A stretch of DNA of 62,047 bases, taken from positions 1 through 62,047 of the forward strand of contig JBEKPL010000004.1 in assembly GCA_049520815.1 (NCBI GenBank). Reading direction: 5' to 3'. The stretch comes from Candidatus Limnocylindrales bacterium (GTDB lineage: Bacteria; Chloroflexota; Limnocylindria; Limnocylindrales; CSP1-4). Within the stretch, counting starts at the first letter, position 1. Every line of letters begins with the position of its first letter. A model generated the notes under the pieces. It had not been told where the DNA came from, made no database searches, and saw only the letters and a program-made list of their open reading frames with translations. Made by a program: the position numbers and the translations under genes. Shown in pieces: positions 28,250-38,104 of the stretch.

Positions 28250-29172
28250 GCCAATCGCCTTCGCCGCAGCAGACCGCGCGGCTGACCATCTCCTCGATCG
28301 CCCGCCTGTACGCCGAAGGCGAGCGGATCGCCATGCTTACCGCATACGACTACCCCACCGCCCGAATCCTGGACGAGGCCGGCATCCCGATGCTGCTCGT
28401 GGGCGACTCGCTTGGCCAGGTGATGCTCGGCTACGACAGCACCGTCCGGGTGACGATGGCGGAGATGCTCCACCACACCAAGGCCGTGGTTCGGGGCACC
28501 AGGCGAGCTCTCGTCGTGGCCGACATGCCGTTCCTCTCCTACGGCGTCACCCCGCAGGCCAGCCTGGAGAACGCAGGCAGCTTGATGCGGGAAGGCGGCG
28601 CCGGCGCCGTGAAGCTCGAAGGCGGCGAGCGCAGCGCCCGGACCATCGAGACGATCGTTCGAGCCGGTATCCCGGTCATGGGTCATATCGGCCTCACCCC
28701 CCAATCGATCCACCAGCTGGGCGGCCATCGCGTCCAGGGCAAGACCCGCGAAGCCGGCCGCCAGCTCCTGGCCGACGCCCTTGCAGTTCAGCAGGCCGGC
28801 GCCTTCAGCGTGGTCCTCGAGCTCGTCCCAGAGCAGCTGGCCGCGGCCATTACCGAGCGACTCCACATCCCCACGATCGGCATCGGGGCGGGGGCTGCCT
28901 GCTCCGGCCAGGTACAGGTGATCACCGACCTGCTCGGCATGAGCGCCGACTTCACGCCCAGGCACGCTCGCCACTACGCCGAGCTCCACGCGATCATCAG
29001 AGCGGCCGCCGAGGCGTACCGGACCGACGTCGCGACCGGGGCCTTCCCCGGACCGGATGAGAGCACCGGCATGGACGAGGCAATCCTGGACGAGGTGCTC
29101 GGACGAACTGCGCTGGACCGCCCCGAAGGGATCGAGGCCGGTCGCGGGATCCCGCTCGACAGGGATCTCTAG
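28246..29172 (+). CDS. panB: 3-methyl-2-oxobutanoate hydroxymethyltransferase
   Basis: MLTAYD, LVGDSLG, VKLEGG and GHIGLTPQ. Confidence 0.97.
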   Translation: MSQSPSPQQTARLTISSIARLYAEGERIAMLTAYDYPTARILDEAGIPMLLVGDSLGQVMLGYDSTVRVTMAEMLHHTKAVVRGTRRALVVADMPFLSYGVTPQASLENAGSLMREGGAGAVKLEGGERSARTIETIVRAGIPVMGHIGLTPQSIHQLGGHRVQGKTREAGRQLLADALAVQQAGAFSVVLELVPEQLAAAITERLHIPTIGIGAGAACSGQVQVITDLLGMSADFTPRHARHYAELHAIIRAAAEAYRTDVATGAFPGPDESTGMDEAILDEVLGRTALDRPEGIEAGRGIPLDRDL

Positions 29173-29176
29173 GGAG

Positions 29177-30049
29177 ATGGCGGAGGTCGCTCCGACGCCG
29201 GGGCCGGCGCCCCGGCCGCGCGTCGTCCGAACGCGGACGGAGCTGCGCTCCGCTCTGGCGACCTCTCCCCGGCCGATCGGGCTGGTGCCAACCATGGGCG
29301 CCCTGCACGAGGGCCACGCCTCGCTGATCCGCCACGCCCGCGCCGAGAGCGCCACGGTCGTGGCCACGATCTTCGTCAATCCGCGCCAGTTCAACGAGGC
29401 CGCCGATTTCGAGGAGTACCCGCGCGACGAGGCCGCGGACCTTGCGATCGCCGGTGAGGCCGGGGCGGACATCGTCTTCATCCCGGCCGTGGAGGAGGTC
29501 TATCCGGCCGGGTTCCAGACGAGCGTCCGTCTCGGAGCGCTGACCGAGCCGCTGGAAGGCGCCGCTCGCCCGGGCCATTTCGAGGGCGTCACTACGGTCG
29601 TGGCGATACTGCTCTGCCTGGTCGGGGCGGAGCGCGCCTACTTCGGCCAGAAGGACGCCCAGCAGCTGCTCGCGGTCCGGCGCATGGCCGGCGACCTGGG
29701 CATCGCCACGGAGATCGTAGCCTGCCCGATCGTGCGCGAGCCCGACGGCCTGGCAATGAGCTCGCGAAACGTGCGCCTCACGCCCGAGCAGCGGGCGGCC
29801 GCCCCAGTACTTCGAAGGGCGTTGCTGGCCGCCCGCGCTGCGTACAAGGCCGGCGAGCGGGACGGGGAGGCGCTGCGCGCCGCGATGCGGAACGTTCTCG
29901 CCGCGGAGCCGCTGGCGGCGCCGGAGTACGTGAGCTGCGCTGATCCGGCCACCCTTCGGGAGCTCGCCCGTGTTGGGGGCCCGGCCCTCCTGTCGCTGGC
30001 CGTGCGCTTCGGCAGCGTCCGCCTCATCGACAACGACCCGCTGCCGTAA
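29177..30049 (+). CDS. panC: Pantoate--beta-alanine ligase
   Basis: PTMGALHEGH, FGQKDAQQ, GLAMSSRN and RLIDN. Confidence 0.97.
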   Translation: MAEVAPTPGPAPRPRVVRTRTELRSALATSPRPIGLVPTMGALHEGHASLIRHARAESATVVATIFVNPRQFNEAADFEEYPRDEAADLAIAGEAGADIVFIPAVEEVYPAGFQTSVRLGALTEPLEGAARPGHFEGVTTVVAILLCLVGAERAYFGQKDAQQLLAVRRMAGDLGIATEIVACPIVREPDGLAMSSRNVRLTPEQRAAAPVLRRALLAARAAYKAGERDGEALRAAMRNVLAAEPLAAPEYVSCADPATLRELARVGGPALLSLAVRFGSVRLIDNDPLP

Positions 30050-30083
30050 CGGCCGCGCGCCGACCTCGCCCGCCCCGACCCAG

Positions 30084-30110
30084 GGAACCGCCGCGACCTC
30101 GCGGACGTCT
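30084..30110 (+). promoter_or_regulatory. ECF-sigma-type promoter candidate
   Basis: GGAACC-N16-CGTCT upstream of the DUF4349 gene. Confidence 0.5.
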
Positions 30111-30162
30111 GCTGCTCGAACGGCCGATCTCTCGGCCTCGACGAATACCGGAGGGCGGACCC

Positions 30163-31257
30163 GTGGCCACGAACGAAACCGAACCCATCGATAGAGGCCC
30201 AGAGCCCCAGTACAGCGCCGGCCCGGAGACGGCGTCACGCAGGTCCATCTCCGGCCTGCTGCCCGATCTCTCCAGCCGCCGGTTCCTCGCCAGATCGCTG
30301 GCGGTGGCGGTCGTGGCGACGGTCGTTCTCGGCGCCTATGTCCTGGGCAGCCCGGCCGGATCCGCAGCCAGCCTCGATTCCCAGCGGCTTTCGGCCCTGC
30401 AGGCCGACCAGGCCTACTCAGAGTCCGGGGGCGCCCAGATCGCTCCCGCTGCGACCGCAGGCCCGGCCGTGGACGGGTCGACTAGCAAGATGGAGGCCCA
30501 GAACGCGGGAGAGCCGGCAGCTCAGCCGGACCCGCTTGCCGCCAGTCTCGACGCGGCCCTCATCGTCAAGACGGGCCAGCTCTCCCTCGAGGTCACCGAC
30601 CTGGACAAGGCCGTGACGCAGGCCCAATCGACGATCGCCGGCCTGGGCGGCTATGTCAGCTCGTCGAACCGATCGGGGACCGGGGACTACGCGACGGCAT
30701 CAGTCACCTACCGCCTGCCGGTCGGCCGCTGGGATGACGCGCTGACTGCCCTTCCCAAGCTCGGGTCGAAGACCCTGTCCGAGCAGACCGACACGAGCGA
30801 CGTCTCCTCGCAGGTAGTCGACCTCAATGCCCGACTGGACAACCTGAAGACGACCGAGAGCGCGCTGCAGGCGATCATGGCTCGGGCGAGTGCCATTCCG
30901 GACGTGATCGCCGTCCAGAGCCAGCTCAGCCAGACACGAGGCCAGATCGAACAGCTCACGGCCCAGCGTGACCATTTCAAGGACCAGGCGGCCATGAGCA
31001 CACTCACGGTCACGTTCCAGCTGCCGACCAAGACCGTGACGTCGCAGGCCACGCAAGACTGGACGCTTGGCCGCCAGGTCGATGAGGCCGCGGCGGCGCT
31101 GGTCCGGATCGGCCAGGGCCTGGCGACGATGGGCGTTTGGGCCCTCATCGTGATCCTGCCCATAGGGTTCGGGCTACTCGTCCTGCTCGCGATCTTCGCC
31201 ACCCTCCGCCGCATCCTGGGCCGAGGCCGCGGCCGCACCGCGCCCACGCCGGCATGA
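30163..31257 (+). CDS. DUF4349-domain membrane protein
   Basis: IVKTGQLSLEV, DVSSQVVDLNARL, coiled coil and C-terminal TM. Confidence 0.85.
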   Translation: MATNETEPIDRGPEPQYSAGPETASRRSISGLLPDLSSRRFLARSLAVAVVATVVLGAYVLGSPAGSAASLDSQRLSALQADQAYSESGGAQIAPAATAGPAVDGSTSKMEAQNAGEPAAQPDPLAASLDAALIVKTGQLSLEVTDLDKAVTQAQSTIAGLGGYVSSSNRSGTGDYATASVTYRLPVGRWDDALTALPKLGSKTLSEQTDTSDVSSQVVDLNARLDNLKTTESALQAIMARASAIPDVIAVQSQLSQTRGQIEQLTAQRDHFKDQAAMSTLTVTFQLPTKTVTSQATQDWTLGRQVDEAAAALVRIGQGLATMGVWALIVILPIGFGLLVLLAIFATLRRILGRGRGRTAPTPA

Positions 31258-31442
31258 GACGGCTGCCTGCCGTCCTGGTGGCCGCCGCCCTGCTGGCGGC
31301 GGCCGTCCTGGTCGGCTCCTCCGGTGGAGCGCGTCCTCACCTCCTCGAACTCGGCCACGGCCCCGCTGGGGCGTCACAGCCGGCGTCGGGATCGGCATGG
31401 TGGAAGTGCGCCGCAGCCACCGACACCCGTGGACCCTGCTAG
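31254..31442 (+). CDS. 62-aa putative secreted small protein
   Basis: ATGA overlap with the upstream stop. MRRLPAVLVAAALLAAAVLVG signal-like N-terminus and two C-terminal Cys. Confidence 0.4.
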   Translation: MRRLPAVLVAAALLAAAVLVGSSGGARPHLLELGHGPAGASQPASGSAWWKCAAATDTRGPC

Positions 31443-31549
31443 CACCGCCGGCCGGGCATTCGGTGAACCGGGAACGCTTGTGAAACGCAATCACTAGGGA
31501 CTCCGCGCGGACCTGCCGGCGGATCCCGGAGAGCAACGAGAGGGAGACC

Positions 31550-32692
31550 ATGCGAAGCAAAGGATTCCTTGCCGCGGCGCTCGTTCTGATGACGCTCGCC
31601 GCGATCGGCTGCAGCAGCAGCTCCGCAACTCCGGGTCCAGGCTACTACCCGAACGACCTCTCCCAGGCGACGAAGGCCGGTCTCCTGCCCGACGACAATC
31701 CCCTCGGCCCCACCCCGGCACCCGCGGCAAGCGCCGCCGAAGGGGCCGACAGCGGCGGCGGCGTCACCCTGCAGACCGGAGCTCCCGGCGCCGCGGCCCC
31801 CGAAGACCGCATCATCAAGACGGGCTCCGTCACCATCGAAGTGGCCGACATCGACATCTCCGTCGCCCAGGCCACAGACCAGATGCACGTCCTGGGCGGC
31901 TGGATGGCCGCTTCCGACCGCACCACCTCCGCCGGCGCCAGCCTTGCCTCGGTCACGTACCGCGTGCCGGTCGCTCGCTTCGAAGATGCGGTTGGGTTGA
32001 TGCGCAAGCTCGGTAAGAAGGTCATCGCCGAGCACAGCGATTCCCAATCGGTCGGCGGTCAGATCGTCGATCTGCAGGCCCGCATCGACAACCTGAAGGT
32101 CTCGGAGAAGGCCATCCAGGCGATCATGGACAAGGCCAAGACGATCGAAGAAGTCCTGGCGGTTCAGCAGCGCCTGTCCGACGTCCAGGGCCAGATCGAG
32201 CAGCTGACGGCGCAGCTGGCCGGCCTCACCGACAAGTCGGCCTACAGCACCCTGACGGTCATCTTCGAAGTCCCGGCGCCCGGTGCAAGCCCAAGCCCGA
32301 GTCCGCAGCCGACCGCTACGGCGGGCCCGTGGAGCGCGGGTGAACAGTTCAATCAAGCAGCCGGCGAACTCGGCGGCGTCGCCCAGAGCGCGGCCACGGC
32401 CGCGATCTGGGCGGTTGTCCTGGTTCTGCCCGTGACCCTGGCCCTGCTGCTGCTCCTCATCGTGCTGGCCGTGGCGGCGAGACTCCTCGACCCGCTCCGG
32501 CGCCGCTGGCTGCCGTTCACGGTCGCCCAGCCGGCCCAACACCGCCAGCCCGGCTGGGGGTCGCCGTATCCGGCAGGATCACCGCAGCCGCCGGCACCGG
32601 CCACGTGGCCGGCCGCGGGCGGAGCCGCGCCGCCCGTCGAAGGGCCCGGCTCCACCGAGCCCGGCGCCGATCCGAAGAAGCCCAAGCCCTGA
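31550..32692 (+). CDS. DUF4349-domain lipoprotein (paralog)
   Basis: Lipobox AIGC, RIIKTGSVTIEV, QIVDLQARI and C-terminal TM. Confidence 0.85.
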   Translation: MRSKGFLAAALVLMTLAAIGCSSSSATPGPGYYPNDLSQATKAGLLPDDNPLGPTPAPAASAAEGADSGGGVTLQTGAPGAAAPEDRIIKTGSVTIEVADIDISVAQATDQMHVLGGWMAASDRTTSAGASLASVTYRVPVARFEDAVGLMRKLGKKVIAEHSDSQSVGGQIVDLQARIDNLKVSEKAIQAIMDKAKTIEEVLAVQQRLSDVQGQIEQLTAQLAGLTDKSAYSTLTVIFEVPAPGASPSPSPQPTATAGPWSAGEQFNQAAGELGGVAQSAATAAIWAVVLVLPVTLALLLLLIVLAVAARLLDPLRRRWLPFTVAQPAQHRQPGWGSPYPAGSPQPPAPATWPAAGGAAPPVEGPGSTEPGADPKKPKP

Positions 32693-32708
32693 CGCTTGGC
32701 CCAGACGA

Positions 32709-32742
32709 AGGACGGCCGCCTTTCCGGCGGCTGTCCTCTTCT
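32709..32742. terminator. Intrinsic terminator hairpin between convergent genes
   Basis: AGGACGGCCGCC-tttcc-GGCGGCTGTCCT followed by CTTCT. Confidence 0.7.
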
Positions 32743-32758
32743 GTGGGAGACGGAGGGC

Positions 32759-33364
32759 TCAGCCCCGGCTGACCGTCTTGCGCTCCACGAGCTGGACGGC
32801 GTCGCGCAGCCGCCCAACGGTCTCGGCATCCACCGCGTCCGGCCCGAGGTAGGGCCCAAGCCGCTCGAGGATGTCGATCACGAGACCGAAGAAGACGCTG
32901 GCGTCTGCCAGGAAGAACTGCGGCTCGTTGTTGTAGCGGACCAGGGTCAGCCGACCCTGCAGCACCTGACGCTCGTCGGCATGGGCGATCTGCGTCGAGA
33001 AGTTGTGGCCCTGGATGCCGTCGGGGTTGTTCAGGTAGTTGAGGGCGTTGTCGATCGCCAGCCCGAAGCGCGCCCGCCAGGCGACCAGTCGCTCCTGGAC
33101 CTCCGGCGGAATGCGCACCTCAGCCGTCTCGTCGAAGACCTCCGGCGTGACGGTCAGGAGCCCGACCAGCGTCGCGCCGGCCCTTGCCCCGAGCATCACC
33201 TGGAGAGATCGCTCGAGGGTGAAGACCTCGGAGTCGAAGCGCGGGCTGGTGATGACGTCGGTCAGGAGGTCCTCGACGTTGTCCAGCACGCCCGGCTCGG
33301 CCAGGGCGTTGGCGAGGTGGAGGGTCTCCTCCTTGAACAGGAACTTCTCTTCATGGTCGAGCAT
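32759..33364 (-). CDS. Hypothetical acidic protein (~201 aa)
   Basis: AGGAG before ATG 33364 and host-like codon usage. No family recognised. Confidence 0.7.
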   Translation of the reverse strand: MLDHEEKFLFKEETLHLANALAEPGVLDNVEDLLTDVITSPRFDSEVFTLERSLQVMLGARAGATLVGLLTVTPEVFDETAEVRIPPEVQERLVAWRARFGLAIDNALNYLNNPDGIQGHNFSTQIAHADERQVLQGRLTLVRYNNEPQFFLADASVFFGLVIDILERLGPYLGPDAVDAETVGRLRDAVQLVERKTVSRG

Positions 33365-33534
33365 GGATGCTCCTATCCCGAGCGGCTCGGGCCCGCGACG
33401 CCGGGATCGCTCGGGTGGCAAGCGGCATCGTCAGCCGTGGGATCGTACACCAGCCAACCGCCGGGACGATCGGCCCGGGCGGATGAGCCGACCGCAGGCG
33501 CCATCGACAGAATGCGCTAGTCGATCGGCGAGTG

Positions 33535-33573
33535 AGAAAGCGGCCCCGACGCGAGGGGGTACGCCGGGGCCGC
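33535..33573 (-). terminator. Terminator downstream of gdhA
   Basis: GCGGCCCCG...CGGGGCCGC stem followed by TTTCT on the minus strand. Confidence 0.6.
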
Positions 33574-33595
33574 AGGGGATTTGCCAGTACCTAGT

Positions 33596-34861
33596 CTACG
33601 GGTAAAGCCCGCGCAACGAGGTGGCGTCGGCGACGCGCTGGACGGCCAGCAGGTAGGCCGCCGTCCGCATGTTCACCTTCTGTTTGAGGCTCATCTCGAG
33701 GGTGCTGGCGAAGGCCTTGGTCATGACCGCCCGCAGCTTCTCGTTGATCTGCTCGATGTTCCAGAAATCGCGTTCCAGGTCCTGGACCCACTCGAAGTAG
33801 CTGACCGTGACACCGCCGGCGTTGCAAAGAATGTCGGGAATCACGTACGAGCCGCTCTGGTAGAGGATCTCGTCGGCTTCCGGTGTGGTGGGGCCGTTGG
33901 CCGCTTCGGCGATGACCCGGGCCTTGATCCTGGCGGCGTTGGCCGCCGTGATCTGGTTCTCAAGAGCGGCCGGGATGAGGATGTCGCAATCGAGCTCGAG
34001 CAGCTCGGCGTTGCTGATCTCCTTGGTGCCCGGGAAGCCGACCACCGTGCCGTGCTCCTGCTTCCAGGCCAGGATGGCCTTCGGATCTAGTCCCTCGGGT
34101 CGGTAGATCGCGCCGGTAGAGTCGCTGACAGCGACGATCCTGGAGCCCTGTGCATGCATGAGCTGCGCCGCTATGGCGCCGGCGTTACCGAAGCCCTGGA
34201 CGGCGACGCGGCACTTCGCCAGGTCCATCCTCAGGTGCCTGGCCGCGTCGATGATCGTGTAGACCGCGCCCTGGGCAGTGGCCTCATTACGGCCCTCCGA
34301 GCCGCCGAGCGGGATCGGCTTACCCGTGACGACGGCCGGGGCCGTGTACCCGACGTGCATCGAGTAGGTGTCCATGATCCAGGCCATGGTCTGGGAATTG
34401 GTGTTGACGTCGGGGGCCGGGATGTCCTTCTCGGGGCCAATGAGGATGCTGATCTCAGTCGCGAAACGGCGGGTCAGGCCCTCCACCTCACGGGGGCTCA
34501 GTCTCTTTGGATCGACGATCACGCCCCCTTTGCCGCCACCGAACGGGATGCCGACGACGGCGCATTTCCAGGTCATCCACATGGCCAGGGCCTTGACCTC
34601 ATCGAGGGTCACGCACTGGTGGTAGCGGATGCCGCCCTTGGCGGGGCCGCGGGAGAGGTTGTGCTGGACTCGATAGCCGGTGAAGACCTCCACTGAGCCG
34701 TCGTCCATCTTCACCGGGAAGTGGACGGTCAACTCGCGTTTGGGCTCGCGCAATACCTTCCGGAGCGCCGGGGAGAGGTTGAGGTGCTCGGCAGCCAGAT
34801 CGAACTGCTGCTGGGCGACGTGCCAAGGATTGATCGCGGCAGCGATCTGCTCGGTCGCCAT
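33596..34861 (-). CDS. gdhA: Glu/Leu/Phe/Val dehydrogenase (glutamate dehydrogenase)
   Basis: GPAKGGIRY, GGGKGG, DIPAPDV, QGFGNAG and NAGGVTVSYFEW. GGAGG before ATG 34861. Confidence 0.95.
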   Translation of the reverse strand: MATEQIAAAINPWHVAQQQFDLAAEHLNLSPALRKVLREPKRELTVHFPVKMDDGSVEVFTGYRVQHNLSRGPAKGGIRYHQCVTLDEVKALAMWMTWKCAVVGIPFGGGKGGVIVDPKRLSPREVEGLTRRFATEISILIGPEKDIPAPDVNTNSQTMAWIMDTYSMHVGYTAPAVVTGKPIPLGGSEGRNEATAQGAVYTIIDAARHLRMDLAKCRVAVQGFGNAGAIAAQLMHAQGSRIVAVSDSTGAIYRPEGLDPKAILAWKQEHGTVVGFPGTKEISNAELLELDCDILIPAALENQITAANAARIKARVIAEAANGPTTPEADEILYQSGSYVIPDILCNAGGVTVSYFEWVQDLERDFWNIEQINEKLRAVMTKAFASTLEMSLKQKVNMRTAAYLLAVQRVADATSLRGLYP

Positions 34862-35162
34862 CGGCGGGATACCCTCCAAGTCGCGACCGTCCTGCGGAAG
34901 GCGGTCCGCCCTGCCGACTCGGTTCGCCGGGCTGGCAGCGGCCGTCCCCCCGACGGTCCCCGACAATGTCGCGGCGGCCTTCCGCTTGTTCCCGGAAAGC
35001 AGCGCCGCAGGTTCCACCTAAGTTCCAGTATAGACCTCCCGCCCAGCAGCACCGCTACCCCATGTCATTGGTGAGCGGGCTGATCGGCCTAACGTTAAGG
35101 TAGCGGTTCGGCCGAGTCGCCGAACGAATCGGGAGTGCGGGAGGCCCGGAGGTCGTGCCCTA

Positions 35163-36008
35163 TCAGGTCGGCCGGAGCAGCACGGCGCCGAGCACGCCCG
35201 GCCCCACATGAGCCCCGATGACCGGGCCGATGATCTGGGCAGTGACCAGCTTCGGCGCCGGTGCGGGCAGGTGAGCGAGAAGCTCGTCCCGGAAGTCGTC
35301 GACCTCCGCCGGCGGCGAATACAGGAGGTGGACTTCCGCGACAGGCCGCGCGGAGAGCAGCTCGATGACGCGGGCGCGAGCCTTGGAGCGGGTCCTGGGC
35401 TTGTCCGCAGTCACGACCAGCCCGTCGACGACGGTGATGATCGGCTTGACGGACAGCAGCCCGCCGATGGCGGCCTGGGCCGCGCTGATGCGACCTCCCT
35501 TCCGCAAGAACTCGAGCGTCTCAAGGGCGACGTAGAGGAACACGGATTCTCGGATCCGGGTCAGCTCCGCGGCGATCTTGGCTGCCGGAAAGCCCTGGGC
35601 GGCCATGCCCGCGCCGCGCAGAGCCAGGGCGCCGATCCCCATGCAGGCCGTCCGCGAGTCCACGATGTGGATTTCTCTGTCCGGCAACATGTCCTTCGCC
35701 ATCTGGGCACTGCGGATGGTCGCCGACAGGGTTTCGGCCAGGGTGACGCAGACGATGCCGTCGGCGCCTCCCTCGAAGGCTCGCTCGAAAACTTGCTTGA
35801 ACTGGCCGGCGCTCGCAGCGGCGGTGTGGGGAAACGGCGCACCGGGCTCCAGGAGTCGCCGCCAGAACTCCTCCGGCTTCATCTCATCCGGCGACAGGTA
35901 GCTGCTCGTGCCGAACGAGACCGACAGCGGCACCTGCACGATTCGGTTGGCGAGGAGCTGAGTCGGCGTCAGGTCCGAGCCGGAATCGGTGACGATGGCA
36001 ACGTTCAT
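35163..36008 (-). CDS. DegV/FakB-family fatty-acid-binding protein
   Basis: IVTDSGSDL, LRKGGRI and GAHVGPG. Confidence 0.92.
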   Translation of the reverse strand: MNVAIVTDSGSDLTPTQLLANRIVQVPLSVSFGTSSYLSPDEMKPEEFWRRLLEPGAPFPHTAAASAGQFKQVFERAFEGGADGIVCVTLAETLSATIRSAQMAKDMLPDREIHIVDSRTACMGIGALALRGAGMAAQGFPAAKIAAELTRIRESVFLYVALETLEFLRKGGRISAAQAAIGGLLSVKPIITVVDGLVVTADKPRTRSKARARVIELLSARPVAEVHLLYSPPAEVDDFRDELLAHLPAPAPKLVTAQIIGPVIGAHVGPGVLGAVLLRPT

Positions 36009-37384
36009 CGCTCCTCCTTGATGGCAGCCTCGGACGTCTGTGGCGGCCTCCCTCCGGCAGCCGATGGCGTATGGCGGGGAGTTTCGCCGGCAGAGACGAC
36101 CCGGAGAGCGCGCGCCCGCCCGTCCAGCAGCGCCGATTCGTGCGCCCGCAGGTTCGCCAGGGCCAGGATGCCTATGGCGAGCAGCCCGGCCGTGGCTACG
36201 AGCAGCCCGTCGATCCCCTTCCACGTTGCGGCGACGCCGCCGACGATGGCGCCAAGGACCTGCCCCAGACCGAGAAAGACCGAGTACAACCCCATGATGG
36301 CGCTGCGGTCGTCCTCGAACCCCTCGCTGACATCGGCCAGCAGGCCGAGGGCAGCCGGTGTGGCGCCGGACATCACGAAGAGGGCCATCGCCGCGACGCC
36401 CACGAGGGCCATCAGGAGGACGAATGACGTCCCTCCGAGATGGTTGATGGCCAGTACGTCCAGCGCCATCACGACGAAGGCACCAACTCCGATCAACAGC
36501 ATCGTCGTGCGGCGGAAGCGAGCGTAGACCGCGCCCCAGAAGAGCAGGCCGGCGCCGAAGATGATGGCCAGCGCGGCAGTCCCGTAGCCGATGCTAGTTG
36601 CCCCATAGTCCCGCATCAGGAACTGCGATGTGTCGACGATGTTCCCTTTGAGCAGCAGGGGCGCCTGCACGGCCCACAGCCCGAGAATGGCGTTGATCGC
36701 GAGCCAGGTTGGGGTGAACATCAGGACTTTTCGGCTTGTCGCGATCTTCCAGTATCGCGAGACCTCCGCTGCTGCCTTGCGCCCCGCAGTGCTGCCCGAG
36801 ATCTCCTCTCGGCGGTCACGAGGAACCTCCGCCACGCCGTAGGCGTAGAGGAGGAGCGCGACGAGGTAGAAGACGCAGTTGAGGAAGAAGGCCGGCCGGC
36901 CGAAGCGGTCCCACAGCTGACCTGCGAGGGCCGGTCCGACGGCGAGCATGCCACCGAGGGAGACGAACTCGAAGAGGGCCACAACCCGACCGCGCAGCTT
37001 CTCGTCGTAGGCCGTCTCGGCGGCGATGAACCCGAGCGTCGACGGAATCGAGGCGGCCGTCGAGCTGCCTTCGAGCAGGCGGGTCACGAAGAGCAGCGGC
37101 ATGTGGGTGGTGAAGCCCGTCATGAATACCGCCACACCACCGAAGAGGGGGCCGAGCAGCATGATCACTTTGCGGCCGTAGCGATCGGCCAGGACGCCAA
37201 AGACGATCGCGCCCGTCAGCTCTGTCGTGTAGAACCCGCCGGTCAGGAGCGCGATCGCTCCCGGGCCGGTTCCCCGGTTCTTGGTCATCTCGTCGACGAA
37301 ATAGACGAGCATGCCGCCCGTGATGGCAGTGCTGGCGCGCAGCACGAACGTGGCCAAGAGCATGGAGGTGATCGAACGGTTCAC
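36005..37384 (-). CDS. MFS transporter
   Basis: Motif A GVLADRYGRK and about 12 TMs. Confidence 0.9.
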   Translation of the reverse strand: MNRSITSMLLATFVLRASTAITGGMLVYFVDEMTKNRGTGPGAIALLTGGFYTTELTGAIVFGVLADRYGRKVIMLLGPLFGGVAVFMTGFTTHMPLLFVTRLLEGSSTAASIPSTLGFIAAETAYDEKLRGRVVALFEFVSLGGMLAVGPALAGQLWDRFGRPAFFLNCVFYLVALLLYAYGVAEVPRDRREEISGSTAGRKAAAEVSRYWKIATSRKVLMFTPTWLAINAILGLWAVQAPLLLKGNIVDTSQFLMRDYGATSIGYGTAALAIIFGAGLLFWGAVYARFRRTTMLLIGVGAFVVMALDVLAINHLGGTSFVLLMALVGVAAMALFVMSGATPAALGLLADVSEGFEDDRSAIMGLYSVFLGLGQVLGAIVGGVAATWKGIDGLLVATAGLLAIGILALANLRAHESALLDGRARALRVVSAGETPRHTPSAAGGRPPQTSEAAIKEER

Positions 37385-37581
37385 CGCGCGTAGCCTAGCG
37401 GGTGCGCTGGATCGGCGGCGGCCGCCCCAGCCGGGAGGGCCCTCGGCGCCCGCGGAGCCGTCGGCGGCCTCGCGAAGCGGGTCTATACTCGCGGAACCGG
37501 TGGCTCGCCGCGCTCACATCGCCCCGGCCACCGGTTCGGTTCGGAGGAGACCGGCGAGCGCGGGCAGCACGGAGTAGGGCC

Positions 37582-37851
37582 TTGTCGTCGAACATCAGCC
37601 AGAACTACCCGTACTCCAGCGAGAGCGAGGAGGAGCGGGCCGCCCAGGTCGCCCGAGCCTTCGCCGCCAGCGAGGGCCTGGCCGAGAAGGTCGGAGCAGA
37701 GGCGATCGGGCTGCCGCAAGAGGAGCGGTGGTGGGTCTGGAAGTGCCCGGCGAAGGATTGCCCCGGGTTGCTCCATACGGCCGGATATGCCCGCACCGCC
37801 CGCGCCGTCTACACGGTGTGCGACACCTGCGGCAGGACCTGCCTGCGCTGA
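37582..37851 (+). CDS. 89-aa protein with a C-terminal zinc-ribbon-like motif
   Basis: GGAG before TTG 37582. CPAKDC...H...CDTC. Confidence 0.65.
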   Translation: MSSNISQNYPYSSESEEERAAQVARAFAASEGLAEKVGAEAIGLPQEERWWVWKCPAKDCPGLLHTAGYARTARAVYTVCDTCGRTCLR

Positions 37852-38014
37852 CCGGGCATTGGCATCGAGGCCCCGCGCCCGCATTCGCCGCGGCGCCGCC
37901 GAGACTGCAAGGGCGTGGCCGCAACGCAAAGTGATCGCGTCAGGCGGTCGGGGCTTGCGCCCCGGGCCCGAGGCTCGCATCATCCTCTCCACGTGCCTGC
38001 AGGAGGAGGCGAAC

Positions 38015-38104
38015 ATGCCATCACGAGTCGCGCCTCCCGATCTCGCAGCCCGATCGACGGAGCTGCCTGTGTCGCCCGCATCGGGATTGACCGAGCGTTC
38101 ATGA
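38015..38104 (+). CDS. 29-aa upstream ORF coupled to the GT87 gene
   Basis: AGGAGGAGG RBS. MPSRVAPPDLAARSTELPVSPASGLTERS*, with the stop overlapping ATG 38101 (ATGA). Confidence 0.4.
   Translation: MPSRVAPPDLAARSTELPVSPASGLTERS

Noticed and set aside
31478-31497. Rex operator (TTGTGAA...TCAC)
   Set aside because: The half-site spacing is one base off the TTGTGAA-N4-TTCACAA consensus and the right arm is poor.
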